From an uncultured Armatimonadia bacterium (GTDB lineage: Bacteria > Armatimonadota > Zipacnadia > CAVVLO01): DNA of 62,928 nt. Position numbers and translations under genes: made by a program. The notes under the pieces are model-generated. The model did not search any database and was not told the origin of the DNA. It saw only the letters and a list, made by a program, of their open reading frames with translations. The stretch spans positions 1-62,928 of the forward strand of contig CAVVLO010000007.1 in NCBI GenBank assembly GCA_963749155.1, given 5' to 3'. Position 1 is the first letter of the stretch, and the number at the start of each line of letters is the position of its first letter. Below, piece after piece: positions 1 to 10,336 of the stretch.

Positions 1-250
1 ATCAGGAATGCCTGCGCTGTGTCACTGACTCCCAGGGCCAGTTCCTGTTCGAGGGTTTGCTGACCAGGCCTATGGCATCTCAAGGTCTATGACAATGGCC
101 TGCCCGCCTATCACTATTTTGAGAGCCCTGAACAGGACTTAACTTTAGAGCCAGGGCAGGAGCTGGAGGTCAAACGTCAGTATCCTGCCCAAGACTCGGC
201 AGATCAGGTTCATCGACGCGGGCACTATCCAGGTGGGCGCTAGCCACTAG
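1..250 (+). CDS. 3' end of a protein with a carboxypeptidase-regulatory-like (prealbumin-fold) domain; truncated by the window edge; two +1 frameshifts
   Basis: Removing one base near 64 and one near 175 gives ...CVTDSQGQFLFEGLLPGLWHLKVYD...LTLEPGQELEVKVSILPKTRQIRFIDAGTIQVGASH*, with the typical TDxxGxFxFxGLxPGxW pattern; TAG at 248-250. Confidence 0.6.
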
Positions 251-353
251 GAGCGGTAGGGCCCAGGCCCCCAGCGCCCCACCCCAAGCCTGATACCCAG
301 CCTTGCCTTCCCCTCAGCCGAGGCTGGCCTCGTAGCGGGGCCTTTGGCCTTTA

Positions 354-362
354 TGCTATAGT
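354..362 (+). promoter_or_regulatory. Extended -10 element (TGcTATAGT) upstream of the homocysteine methyltransferase gene
   Basis: TGnTATAGT about 40 nt before the ATG at 405; AGGAGG RBS at about 392-397. Confidence 0.4.
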
Positions 363-404
363 TCCCACAGCTACGCCCTTTGTACGGAAACAGGAGGTAG
401 TCTT

Positions 405-1317
405 ATGTTCGACCCGACAGTAAAACTGACCGAGGCTGGAATCAAGGCCTTGCCCCCGCTTGCGGTTGATGGCGCCTGGGGTACCGAGCTTGCCAAGCTG
501 GGCGCCGGGGCTGGCGAGATGTGCGATCCCTGGAATATCTCAGCTCCCGAGAAAGTGCTTGCCGTCGCCCAGAGTTATGTCGAAGCGGGCGCTCAGATAA
601 TTCTGACCAATACTTTTAACAGCAACCGCATTGCGCTCGAGCGCCACGGCCTGGCGGACCAGGCGGTCAGCATAAACAGGGCAGGGGCCGAACTGTCCAG
701 ACAGGCCGCAGTGGGGAAGGCTTATGTCTTCGCCTCGATGGGGCCGACTGGCAAGCTCGTGATGATGGGCGATGTGGAGCCCGAAGAGGTTATCGAGGCG
801 TTCGCTGAGCAGGCTCAGGCCCTGGCCGAAGGCGGGGCTGATGCGTTGCTGCTGGAGACTCAGACCGATCTCGAAGAGGTCCAGGCGGCTTTCGCAGGCG
901 CCAGGAGCGCCTGCGATTTGCCAATCGGGATATCTTTCACCTTTGACTCGGGCGCAAATAACGACCGCACTATGATGGGAGTCACCATCCCTCAGGCCTG
1001 CGAGCTCGCTCTGGAGCTTGGCGCGGCTTTCGTGGGCGCCAACTGCGGCCTTGGGATAAGTCAGTTCCTTCCCCTGGCCAAGGCTTACGACGAGTGCAAG
1101 ACCAACTTGCCTCTCTGGTTCAAAGGTAATGCTGGCTTGCCTGAGCTGGATTCGGCGGGGCATACCTGTTTCCGGGCCACACCTGAGGATTATGTAGCCG
1201 CCGCCGGGCCCGCTACTAGCGGCCGGGGCGCGTTTTATCGGAGGGTGCTGCGGTTCGACCCCTGCGCATATCCGCGCACTCCGGACCGAGCTGGACCGTC
1301 TGCTGCCTCAGGGGTAG
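405..1317 (+). CDS. Homocysteine S-methyltransferase family protein (stand-alone MetH Hcy-binding domain); one +1 frameshift near 1208
   Basis: [34 protein letters not shown] and NAGLP motifs; the shifted frame supplies [19 protein letters not shown] (Zn-binding GGCC) and stops at TAG 1315-1317; AGGAGG RBS. Confidence 0.9.
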
Positions 1318-1363
1318 CCGAAGTGGGGAAGGGCGCTCTTTCTCTACAGGATATTAAAACGAT

Positions 1364-1403
1364 AACGCCCCTGCCGGACCTCGACAGGGGCGTTTCATTT
1401 TTT
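1364..1403 (+). terminator. Rho-independent terminator between convergent genes
   Basis: AACGCCCCTG-loop-CAGGGGCGTT stem followed by TCATTTTTT. Confidence 0.75.
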
Positions 1404-1415
1404 GGAAATTGGACT

Positions 1416-1733
1416 TCAATCGCCAGATTTTGCGAGCGCCAGTTGCTCGTCTATCAGCCGCTTGAGCTGCGGCGCGGCGGGCACCTCGGCCCTCAGTGTG
1501 ACCTGCCCAACTCTTAGCAAAGGCAGCGCCGTTGGATGCTTCTCCGTCACCGTGAACCGCATCGCGCTCGGCCTTGGCTTCACATAATGCTCTTCGCAGA
1601 CGACCCGGCCCTCGTACTGGGGAAGCACTGCGGCGAGGACCTCTTTCAGATAGCCCGTGCGTATGCCACAAGGCCCGCAAGAGATATCATCGCCCATCCA
1701 GTAGAGATGCAAAGTCAGTTCTGGCGCGCTCAC
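1416..1733 (-). CDS. Small thioredoxin-fold protein with CGPC motif
   Basis: SCGPC near the N-terminus and a cis-Pro-like ALPLLRVG segment; GTGA start overlaps the upstream stop; resembles the fused domain of the neighbouring gene. Confidence 0.7.
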   Translation of the reverse strand: MSAPELTLHLYWMGDDISCGPCGIRTGYLKEVLAAVLPQYEGRVVCEEHYVKPRPSAMRFTVTEKHPTALPLLRVGQVTLRAEVPAAPQLKRLIDEQLALAKSGD

Positions 1734-3095
1734 AGGTAGCTCTCAACAGCCGCCTTTAGCTCTGCCGCGGTCGGCACGATGCTCGAGAAGACGACTTCTC
1801 CATTGATGAGGATGGTCGGGATGGCCTTCGCGCCCGAGGCATAGACCCAGCGCAGGCCTTCGCGCTCTTTTATCATATGCTCGTAGTAGGCAATCTGGCC
1901 AGGATATTCAGCCGCGACTTTCTCAATGATCTCCATCACATACTGGCAGGGCGGGCAAGCGGCCGCGTCCAGGGTCAGCGCGTCGATGCGCACTTTCGCA
2001 TCGCCCGGGTCGAAAGAAACCGCAGCCAGTTCTTCGGCGGTGAAAGTCTCTCCACCGGCCTGTTCGAGCGCAGAAGCGAGTTGCTCGGCCGAGACAGAAC
2101 CCTGCACCAGGTCCGAGATAGCCTTGATATTGGCCGGCGGTACATCATAAGGGATATCGCAGCCTGGCGCGAGTATATAACCAGGCCCGGCAGCTTTGCC
2201 AAGCACCTCGCTAGGCATGGGCGAGGTTGTCCTCCGGGGTGCCGAACAGCATTACGGTGGTAAGCGCCAGATTGCCGCCGTAGCCTACGTGATATTGCTC
2301 GCCCAGGGCCTTGGCTTTGGTTATGTCCACGTTCTCATCGAAAGCAAAACCGTCCGCGCCGGACTGAGCCATCAGTTCGAGGTTGCGCGTGGCGTCTCCA
2401 CAAGTGAAGAGCATTGATTTCTTGCCGGCGACCCTGGCGACATCCCAGGACGCCTGCAAGGCCGGTGTAACGAATTCCTCAAACATGGCGGGGGAAATCT
2501 GACTGGTCATCGGATCGACCAGCGAGATGACATCCGCGCCTGCGTCCACGTAATACTGGCACATCGCAGCGGAAACTTCCGAGGTGAACTCGAGGATGGC
2601 CTTTGCGCGCTCGGGCTCCAGCACCATATCGGTCAGGATGTCGGTGCCAGCCAGGTGCAAGCCCAGGGTGAAGGGGCCAGTCACGAGAGCGAACAGCGCG
2701 ACTTCCTCGCCGAGGGTAGCAGCCAGGCGACGGGTAGCCTCGAGACCAACTGGGATGCGCGCCTCATCGGGCCCGGGCACTTTCAGCTCGCTTACGTCGA
2801 CTGTGGACAGGATATGGCTGGTGACGTGAGGGGGATTATCTTTGGCCCAGCCCAGTTTGCAGCCCAGGGCTTCGGCTTCGATTTGCAGATCGAACATCAC
2901 GCAGTAACCATCGGCGTTGTAAAGTTCGTGGGCTTTCTCGATGCCCTTGACAACCAGGTCGGCTGACTTCAGGTAGACATCAGCTGGCGTATCAATCAGA
3001 GCGGCGGCGTGCACGCCAGTATAAACTACGAAGGGCGTGCGGGTCGGCTGTTTGTATTCCAGCGCGTCAAGCACGAGTTGCTTCTTGGCAGACAT
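1730..3095 (-). CDS. UroD/MtaA-CmuA family methyltransferase with a C-terminal thioredoxin domain (CPPC); one +1 frameshift near 2214
   Basis: FDLQIEAEALGC, GPFTLG, DAGADVI, FTCGD, GGNL, then YILAPGCDIP and TLDAAACPPCQY...AIPTILINGE in the next frame; GAGGAG RBS before ATG 3095. Confidence 0.85.
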
Positions 3096-3429
3096 TTTGG
3101 TTGTTCTCCTCAATAGTGTTAGCGTCCTCTGGGGACGTCCTGCCTAGTATGAACAGGTTGCGCGCCGGTGTAAAGGGGTTTTGGCGATATTTGTATACTA
3201 TTTTAGTAGAATATGCGCCGCAACTGGCTTCAAGAGGCCCAGGAGGAGGTTCCTCAGGAAGTCCTGGGCAAATAATGGCATAATCAGTATTATCGGACGG
3301 ATTTTCCGGGAGCGACCCGCCACCCTTCAGCTCCCTCCTGGCTTTCCCCCTCCGCCTGGCAGGGAAACCTCTCCCTTTCCCGAAAGCCTTAGGCGCGCGC
3401 TGTAGTGACAACGTATGGAGGTTTTCAAA

Positions 3430-6400
3430 ATGACCAGGCTGCGCTGGTTGCCTATTGCTACGATCTGCTTGCTGGCTGGACTGGCTTCTCTGTCAGCTGC
3501 CGTTTCCTTGTCGGTTGTCGAAGTGCAAGACCAGTACACTGGCGCTCGAGGCCTTACTACTTTCCTGCGCGACCATCAGATCGAATATACCGATATCACG
3601 TCCCTCGCGCTGGAGGGTAAACCGCTGCCTGCCGATACGAAGGTGCTGCTGCTTGGCAGCTTCGTCACGAACAACGTCCAGGTGCGCGAGTGGCTCGCTT
3701 CCCAGCATCGGCAGATCGACTCCTTCGTAAAGAACGGCGGGTTGCTGGTTCAGCTCACCCAGACCGACCAGGAAGAGCCCCTGCTCGCCTGGCTGCCTGG
3801 CAAGCTGACTGCCAGGCGCGGCGATGTGGACTTGACTACCTGCCTGCTTGTTCAGCCGGACCACCTGCTGCTGACCACTCCCAACAAGATAACGACCGAG
3901 GAACTGACCGGCTGGAAGTACAAGACCTGGTCCACTTTCTGGGAAGTGCTGGAAGACCAATCGGGGTTTAATATAATTGTTGCAGAAAACAAGTGGCTGC
4001 GCCATCCTCTGATATGTGAAGGACAGCATGGCCTGGGACGAGTGCTTCTGGTCGGCGCCGCGCTTGATAAATACACCGAGGTTGGCGAGACTGAAGCTAC
4101 CAAAATCGGCGCGGCCAGGCTGCTTGAGAATGTCCTCGCCTGGGTCGAGACCGCCGCTGACAGGCAACCTGCCAGCGGTCGTCCCCACCGCGCCGTATCA
4201 ACCTGAGCTGTTTCCGGTTGCGGTGTCGGTGTTCCGTTGACGCCAACGCCGATGGTATCCGCCAGCCTGAGGAAGCCCCACTTGCAGGGGTGCAGGTGAG
4301 CGATGGCCATTCGATCGTCCTAACAGATGCAAAAGGCGCAGCGCTGCTGCAGGTACCCCTCGAGATCGCTCCCTGGATAACTTACACCGCGCCAGCTGGT
4401 TATAGGCCAACAACGCCCTGGTATTTTCTGACTGGCCTGGATCCTGAGAGCCTGCCTCCGAGTTACGAGTTTGGCGTGGTAGCTGGCCCCTGAACGCGCA
4501 GGCAAGGAGATTGTGTTCGCCCAGATAACCGATTTGCACCTCGGACTGCCGTACCCGGTCGCAGAGGATGGCGCTCATTTTGCCGCGGCCCTGGCGGAAG
4601 TAGCCCAGGCGCGACCCAGGCCTGACTTCGTAGTGGCGACTGGTGATCTCGTAAATATCGGCGCCCAGGCAGACCAGTGGCAGGCCTACCAGGAGGGGCT
4701 CGAGACCTTCCGCCTTCCCTGTTTCCACAACCTGGGCAACCATGACTATAACGGCGCCTTTGCAGCAGGTGCGGTAGACCAGTTTATGTCCAGACTTGCT
4801 CCTCCCCATTATGCCTGGGACTGGGGCGGCTGGCATTTCATTTCGATTGACTCCTGCTCCGACACTTATGGCCAGAGCGCCTGGCTTGCGGCTGACCTGA
4901 AGCTCAACAAGAAAAAACCGACTATCGTATTTCAGCACTATCCGCCCACCCGGGCCTTGCTTGCCCAGCTTGAGAAATACCCGGTCAAGGCCATCTTCAC
5001 TGGCCACTGGCATTCGGACAAGGTGTTCGAGGACAAGAAGGGCCTGGTCAGCTACAACACGCCCAACCTGCGTTTCGGGGGCATTGATGCTAGCCCGCGT
5101 GGCTTCAGGCTGATGACTTTGAAGCCCGAGGGCACTCTGTCCGGTCGCTACATCGAGTGCGCCTACAAGCCCTGGGCCACTGTGCTCTGGCCGCAGGAAG
5201 GAGCGGTGATTTCTGGCGCAGTGAAGCTCCTGGCCAGCGCTTCGGGCGGTTCTTCAAGCCTCAAGCAGTCCGAGTGGCGCCTGTGGCGCGCAGAGGAGCT
5301 GCTGGCAAGAGGCGCCCTCGTCTCCCAGAACGCCCTGACCTATGCTGCTGAGCCTCGCTCGGAACTGTTCACCCCAGGCGCTTACCGGCTGGAGGTCACT
5401 TTCGAGTGGACCTCGGGCGAGGTAAGCATTGCCTCCTCCGAATTCATCTGGAGCAACCAGGCGCGCCTCACTCCTGCTCCGCGCCACAGTTGGCCTCAGC
5501 TTCGAGGCGACCCCGAACGCAGTGGCGTTGCTGTAAAACGCGGCCCTGCCTTCCCCGCCGAACTGGCCTGGGTTACTGCCTTGCCAGGTCGCTCGGGGCT
5601 GGCTTCGCCTGTCTACGCGGCCGGAGTCCTGGTGGTATCACAGGATGAAGCTCAGGATGGCTCCTTCGCGGGCGTCGTGGCTCTCTCCCCCACCTCGGGC
5701 CAGACACTATGGCGCTTCCAGACAGCCACCGCGGTGAAAGGTTCCCCTGCGATCGTGGGCAATACGGTGTGCGCGGTGACAGTTACAGGCGAAGTAATCG
5801 CCCTGGAGCTGGCTACAGGCGCGCCAAAGTGGACTTTTGAGCTGGGAGATGCCGCCGACCGCTATGTGTATCAGGCGCCCCTGGCACTTGAGGAAAGCTT
5901 CGTAGTTGGCTCCGGGCCGCGGCTGGTGAATCTCCGCGCCAAGGATGGCAAGCTGCTGTGGGAGCGCACTGGGCTTGCCGGGGACTGGATCAGCTCGTAC
6001 TCCTCCCCCGCTTATGGTGATGGGCGCGTCTTTGCAAGCTTCAACTGGGGGCTCGAGCTGGCTGGCCTCGACGCCAGGACTGGCGAGGTGCTCTGGACTT
6101 GTCGCGAAGGCTCGGGCGGGCACGCGCCGCCTGTGTTCTTCGAGCAGACGGTCTATATGGCGGGCGTGGACAAGGGGTTGCGGTTGATTGATCCCCTGAC
6201 AGGGAAAGTGCGCCAAACCATCGCCCTGAAGGGCGCCGGATGGCTGCTTGCCGCGCCTCTGGTCACCAGATGGCGTCTCTACCAGCCCGGTCCTGATGGT
6301 GAACTGATCTGTTTCGACCGGGAAAAGGGCCAGGAACTCTGGCGTTTTCAGACCGGTCCGGGCTTGCTGGACAGTTCTCCCTATCGGCCAGAGGGCGCTT

Positions 6401-6609
6401 ACATCGCTTCTTCACCAATCCTCGTGGGCGATGCGGTAGTCTTCGGTGCTGGCGATGGGAAACTGTATGCGCTGGACTATCAGACAGGCAACCTGCTCTG
6501 GAGCGCCGACCTCGGCGCGCCTGTTATGGGTACTCCGATGGCGACGGGCGACCTGCTTTCGGTCACCACTTACGCGGGGGTCGTGTTTGGCTTCAGGCTG
6601 AGCCAGTAG
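3430..6609 (+). CDS. Secreted multidomain calcineurin-like metallophosphoesterase with C-terminal PQQ-like beta-propeller repeats and an N-terminal class I GAT-like module; three +1 frameshifts (about 4160, 4235, 4485)
   Basis: Signal peptide; VFVDANADG...GVQVSDG (metallophosphoesterase N-terminal domain); TDLH, GDLVN, GNHD, QHYP, GHWH motifs; repeated ALD..TG..LW propeller blades; GGAGG RBS. Confidence 0.8.
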
Positions 6610-6612
6610 GCG

Positions 6613-8308
6613 CTAGTCGGCAAGCTGGGCGACGGCGATGACGGAGCGTTTCGCCGGCACCTCGACCTGGCAGGTGTAGGTCGGGCCGGCTGGGCCTTCC
6701 GGCTGGAGCACATACTCCCGCCGCGCGGCCTGGTCGGTGCTGTTCCATACCGCGACCTGTAGCTCTGGGCCCTGGTGATAGAGGCGCGCGAAGACCCCTT
6801 CGGCCAGGCGCGGACTGACGATGACTGGGTGGAAGTCCTCCGAGGCCAGCAACCGCGTCACTGCGGCTTCCGCGGCCTCCTTGCCCGGCTCTTCAGCAAC
6901 CAGCACTTGCCCAGGATAAGCCGCGATGAGCTCTGGTGAGAGCAGCCCATGTTCCCAGGGCGCAATCAGATTCGCAGGGGTCATCGAGAAGCGCGGTTTG
7001 CCCTGGATATAGGTGCTGACCGGGTCCGGCCAGAGGGTCAGAGGCATCAGGTTGTGCTCGGCCAGCGCGTCGTAGCAGAACATATAAGACTGCTCCGTCT
7101 GCCAGTGTTCGTTGTAGTAGGCGATGCGATCGTCCAGCACCCCCAGGTCATCGAAAAGCGGCGCTCCCGAGCGGCTGGGAGAATACTTCTGCAACGTGCT
7201 TGAAACCTTCAATGTGCGATTCGGCACTCGGTTTGGCATAGGCCCACTGATACATCAGCGCCAGGTCGGGATTGTGCGCCACCTTCATCCACTCGGCCAT
7301 CTCGAGCGAGTCCGGCACGCGCGAGATGCCATCGGCCATATCGTCGGTCGCCTGGTTCAGCCACTCGGGGATAACACACCTGTAGCCCAGCGACTGCAGA
7401 GTGAGCGTCTTGCTGCTTTTGGCCCACATCGAACCCCAGCCATACTCGTGCAAGGCGAGAGTGTCACCTTGCGGCGCGGCAAGGAATAGCTCCCACAGGT
7501 CGAGAGCGCACTGCCGGCTTAACTCGGCGTGGTTGGAGAAATACAGATGGTAGAGCTTCACGCCGCTGACGGCCCAGACGGGTTGTTCGGCCCGTACTGT
7601 CTCCTGGCAGCGATTGAGGAACTGGGCGAAATTCACGCTGCGCCAGATGGCATAGTCGAGGCCGAAGGGGGTGGTATCCTCCGGACGCGGCAGCTCCAGG
7701 GTATCGAAGCTCTCGAAAGCGGTTCCCCAGCGCGTGTTCCACCAGGCGAGGTCGGGATTGAGGTCCTTACAAAAGTCCACGAAGGCGGCCTTCGCCCAGG
7801 GAGAATAATCGTAGCCTGCAGTCAGTTCGTTGTAGAGGCTTACGTGGGCGATCCGGTCGTCCCCTGCATAGCGTTTTGTGAAATCCGACAGCAGCTTGCA
7901 GAGGTCCTCGAGATAGGGTTCGCAGGCCCAACTGGCCATTGTCGGCTTGCCTTCGGCGTCGATGGCGCTGACGTCTACGCCCTCGTATTGGCCGGCGCCG
8001 CGGTACCATTCGCCGTGCAGCACGAGGACTACTTTCAACCCCAGCCGGTCAGCCTGGTCAATCAGCCAGTCGTTGCCGGACTGGTCGCCGCTGGCCGCAT
8101 TGGCGTCGATGAGGACGGTGCGGGCGCCGAGGGAGGCCATCCCCTGAAGGTCTGAGAGCATTGTGGCCTTGCTTGTTTCATCGAGAGAAGGCGCGCACTG
8201 CGGGCCCGGTGGGTGGTAGCACAGGCCGAAACCGAGGGGCTTATCCGGTGCTGTGAATCCAGCCCTGGCGAGGAGGAGCAGCAGCGCCAGCGCGCAGGCC
8301 AGCTTCAC
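6613..8308 (-). CDS. Secreted clan GH-A glycoside hydrolase (GH42/GH5-like); one +1 frameshift near 7168
   Basis: Signal peptide; LYNEL acid/base; WNTRWGTAFESFDTLELPR (GH42-like insert); VIPEW putative nucleophile; frames join at QPLG/APLFDDLG. Confidence 0.7.
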
Positions 8309-9024
8309 TGCTCAGCCCTCCTGATGATACCGATGGGGGTTAGCTCGCGCCCCTGGCCAAGTGGATTGCCGATGAGGCACTTCTTTACGAACTTCGCATC
8401 CAGGCCTTTCGATACCCCCAGGACTTCCTGGCCGAGGTCGTTGGCGTCCACGATGGAGACCGGCACGCCTCCAAGCAGCTGTGAAATCTTCTCGGATGTG
8501 CCGTCGGGGTCTTCAGGCATCAGCGAGCAATATTTGTCGAAGGGCGGCAGGTTGTAGTCGGCAGGTCCGTCAATGGCCGCGACCTTGCGCCCGGCGATGC
8601 GATAGAAGACGCCCTTCAGCCCGAAAGGCTTGGTGATTGCCGCACAGAAGGCGGCAAAGAGGATACGCGGCAGGCCGACTTCCTCGATGGCCAGTTGCAT
8701 CGTCTGCGGCCAGGTTACCCCGATGCCGTAGGGGACTTTGGAGATATACTTGGTTAGCACCCGGGCCCAGTAGCCGGGCTTGATATCATCCACGTGGCGC
8801 ACGCGCCCCTGCGCGCCGCCGACCATCTTCTCGCTGGCAATCACGATGTCGCCAGGCTGCAGCTTGTCGGTCACATACTGGAGGAAGACGTCCTCATAGC
8901 CTGAGCCTGGCTGCACTGCGTGAGTCGCAATAGGAAGCCTTAGCCAGGTAACGCCATCAATCTCGACGGCCAGTTCCCTGCCTGGATTGGCCCTAAAGCC
9001 TTCTGGTGCCTGTTGCTCGCTCAC
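8305..9024 (-). CDS. CofE-like (F420-0:gamma-glutamyl ligase family) protein
   Basis: LPIATH, GDIVIASEKMVGGAQGR, IVDANDLG and NPLGQG...TPIGII match bacterial F420-ligase homologs. Confidence 0.8.
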   Translation of the reverse strand: MSEQQAPEGFRANPGRELAVEIDGVTWLRLPIATHAVQPGSGYEDVFLQYVTDKLQPGDIVIASEKMVGGAQGRVRHVDDIKPGYWARVLTKYISKVPYGIGVTWPQTMQLAIEEVGLPRILFAAFCAAITKPFGLKGVFYRIAGRKVAAIDGPADYNLPPFDKYCSLMPEDPDGTSEKISQLLGGVPVSIVDANDLGQEVLGVSKGLDAKFVKKCLIGNPLGQGRELTPIGIIRRAEQ

Positions 9025-9097
9025 GAGGTGCCACTTCCTCTTTCAATAAAACTTGTTTTGCTGCAAGTTTACGATACTCGGTCCTTCCGAGGAACCC

Positions 9098-10336
9098 CTA
9101 AAAGGGGGCTTCGGCAAGGGCTGCCCTGGCTTCGGCCTTGTGTTTTCTCTCAAACCAGTGCATAAGCGCGGCCACGGCCAGGAGGGCAGGCAGGTCGAAA
9201 TACATCGCGGTCCTCAGGCCAAGGCTCTCCGAGAGCAGCCCGATTACATAAGGCATCGTGATGACGCCCAGTCCGCCCATAGCCACCAGGACGCCGGTGC
9301 CGGTCGCGCCATATTTGGCGTACCACTGGCCGCCAACCGCCACGATGGTAGGCCACAGGCCTGACAGCGCCATCCCGCCCAGGCCAAACAAGACCATAGA
9401 CTGCCAGCCCTCAGGCGCTGCAATGCCCGCGCCGATAAAACCCATCGCAAGCAGCGCGCAGATTTTAAGGAGTACGGTCAGTTTCACCGTCATCGTGAGG
9501 CGCAGGTAGGCGATACGCCCGAGGAGCATCCCGCCCCAAAACAGCGTCGCGGTGAGCGCGGCCAGCGACTTGGGCAGGCCCTGCTCGCGCTCAACAAAGG
9601 CGGATACCCAGCTTGCGCAACCCATTTCGCCGCAGACGTAAAGAAACAGGGTGAGGCAGAGCAAAAGGAAACCGCCATCGGTTGCGAGTTTTTTCACGAT
9701 GGACAGGTCCAGGCGGTGGTCGCCGTCGGTCTTCTTCGGCAGGATGAACTGGCAAAGCGTCGCCACCAGCGAGACGGCCGCACAGAGGCCAAAGCCCAGT
9801 CGCCAGCCGTCCGCAAAGCGCAGTACCAAGGCTCCGAGCACAGGTGCCGTAAGCGCGCCGACGCCGAAGACCGCCTGCACGAAGTTGAGCGCCGGGGCGC
9901 TCTTCTCCTCGAAGACATGGTTCACCAGGGCCGATCCGACGCCCTCCACGATACCCGCGCCAAGCCCGACTGCGATCAGCCCGGCGACAAGCACCACAGA
10001 GTTGGGTGATATGGCGCAAAGGAAAGCCCCTACCGACAGCATTCCTGTGGAGAGCAGCATCAGCCGGCGCATCCCCAGCTTGTCGGCGAAATATCCGCCC
10101 GTCAGCGCCGAGGCGAAGAAGCCGAATTGCATAACGCCGCTTATGAAGCCGCCGGCTGCATCATCCATACCGAAGGCTTCCATCACCGAGGTCAGCACTG
10201 GGCCGACCAGCGCGTAGGTCAGCGCGAAAGCGCCCACCGACAGGCTCGCAGCCGCAAGCACGCGCTTGTGCAGCAAGGTAGGCAGCAATCCGGACTCGTT
10301 TTTAGTTGCAGCGGTCACAGCGGATGATCTCGGCAT
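9098..10336 (-). CDS. MFS transporter (sugar permease-like)
   Basis: About 12 hydrophobic helices; motif A-like GYFADKLGMRR; LFLYVCGE...SW and FWGGMLLGR resemble FucP/TsgA-like permeases; start codon uncertain. Confidence 0.85.
   Translation of the reverse strand: MPRSSAVTAATKNESGLLPTLLHKRVLAAASLSVGAFALTYALVGPVLTSVMEAFGMDDAAGGFISGVMQFGFFASALTGGYFADKLGMRRLMLLSTGMLSVGAFLCAISPNSVVLVAGLIAVGLGAGIVEGVGSALVNHVFEEKSAPALNFVQAVFGVGALTAPVLGALVLRFADGWRLGFGLCAAVSLVATLCQFILPKKTDGDHRLDLSIVKKLATDGGFLLLCLTLFLYVCGEMGCASWVSAFVEREQGLPKSLAALTATLFWGGMLLGRIAYLRLTMTVKLTVLLKICALLAMGFIGAGIAAPEGWQSMVLFGLGGMALSGLWPTIVAVGGQWYAKYGATGTGVLVAMGGLGVITMPYVIGLLSESLGLRTAMYFDLPALLAVAALMHWFERKHKAEARAALAEAPF

Noticed and set aside
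1245..1270. tRNA T-arm-like GGTTCGACCCC
   Set aside because: It encodes G-S-T-P next to the GGCC motif; no cloverleaf around it
1318..1517. C-terminal extension of the 370-aa methyltransferase ORF
   Set aside because: Frameshift artefact; it lacks GGCC and runs through the terminator into the convergent gene
1416..2218. Selenocysteine or pyrrolysine recoding in the thioredoxin/methyltransferase genes
   Set aside because: Both CxxC motifs use Cys codons, and the TAG at 2211 is followed by a frame change, not in-frame continuation
3096..3429. Cobalamin or SAM riboswitch
   Set aside because: Only a CCGCAACTG fragment; the other conserved elements (GCCACTG, GGGAAG, B12 box) are not present in order
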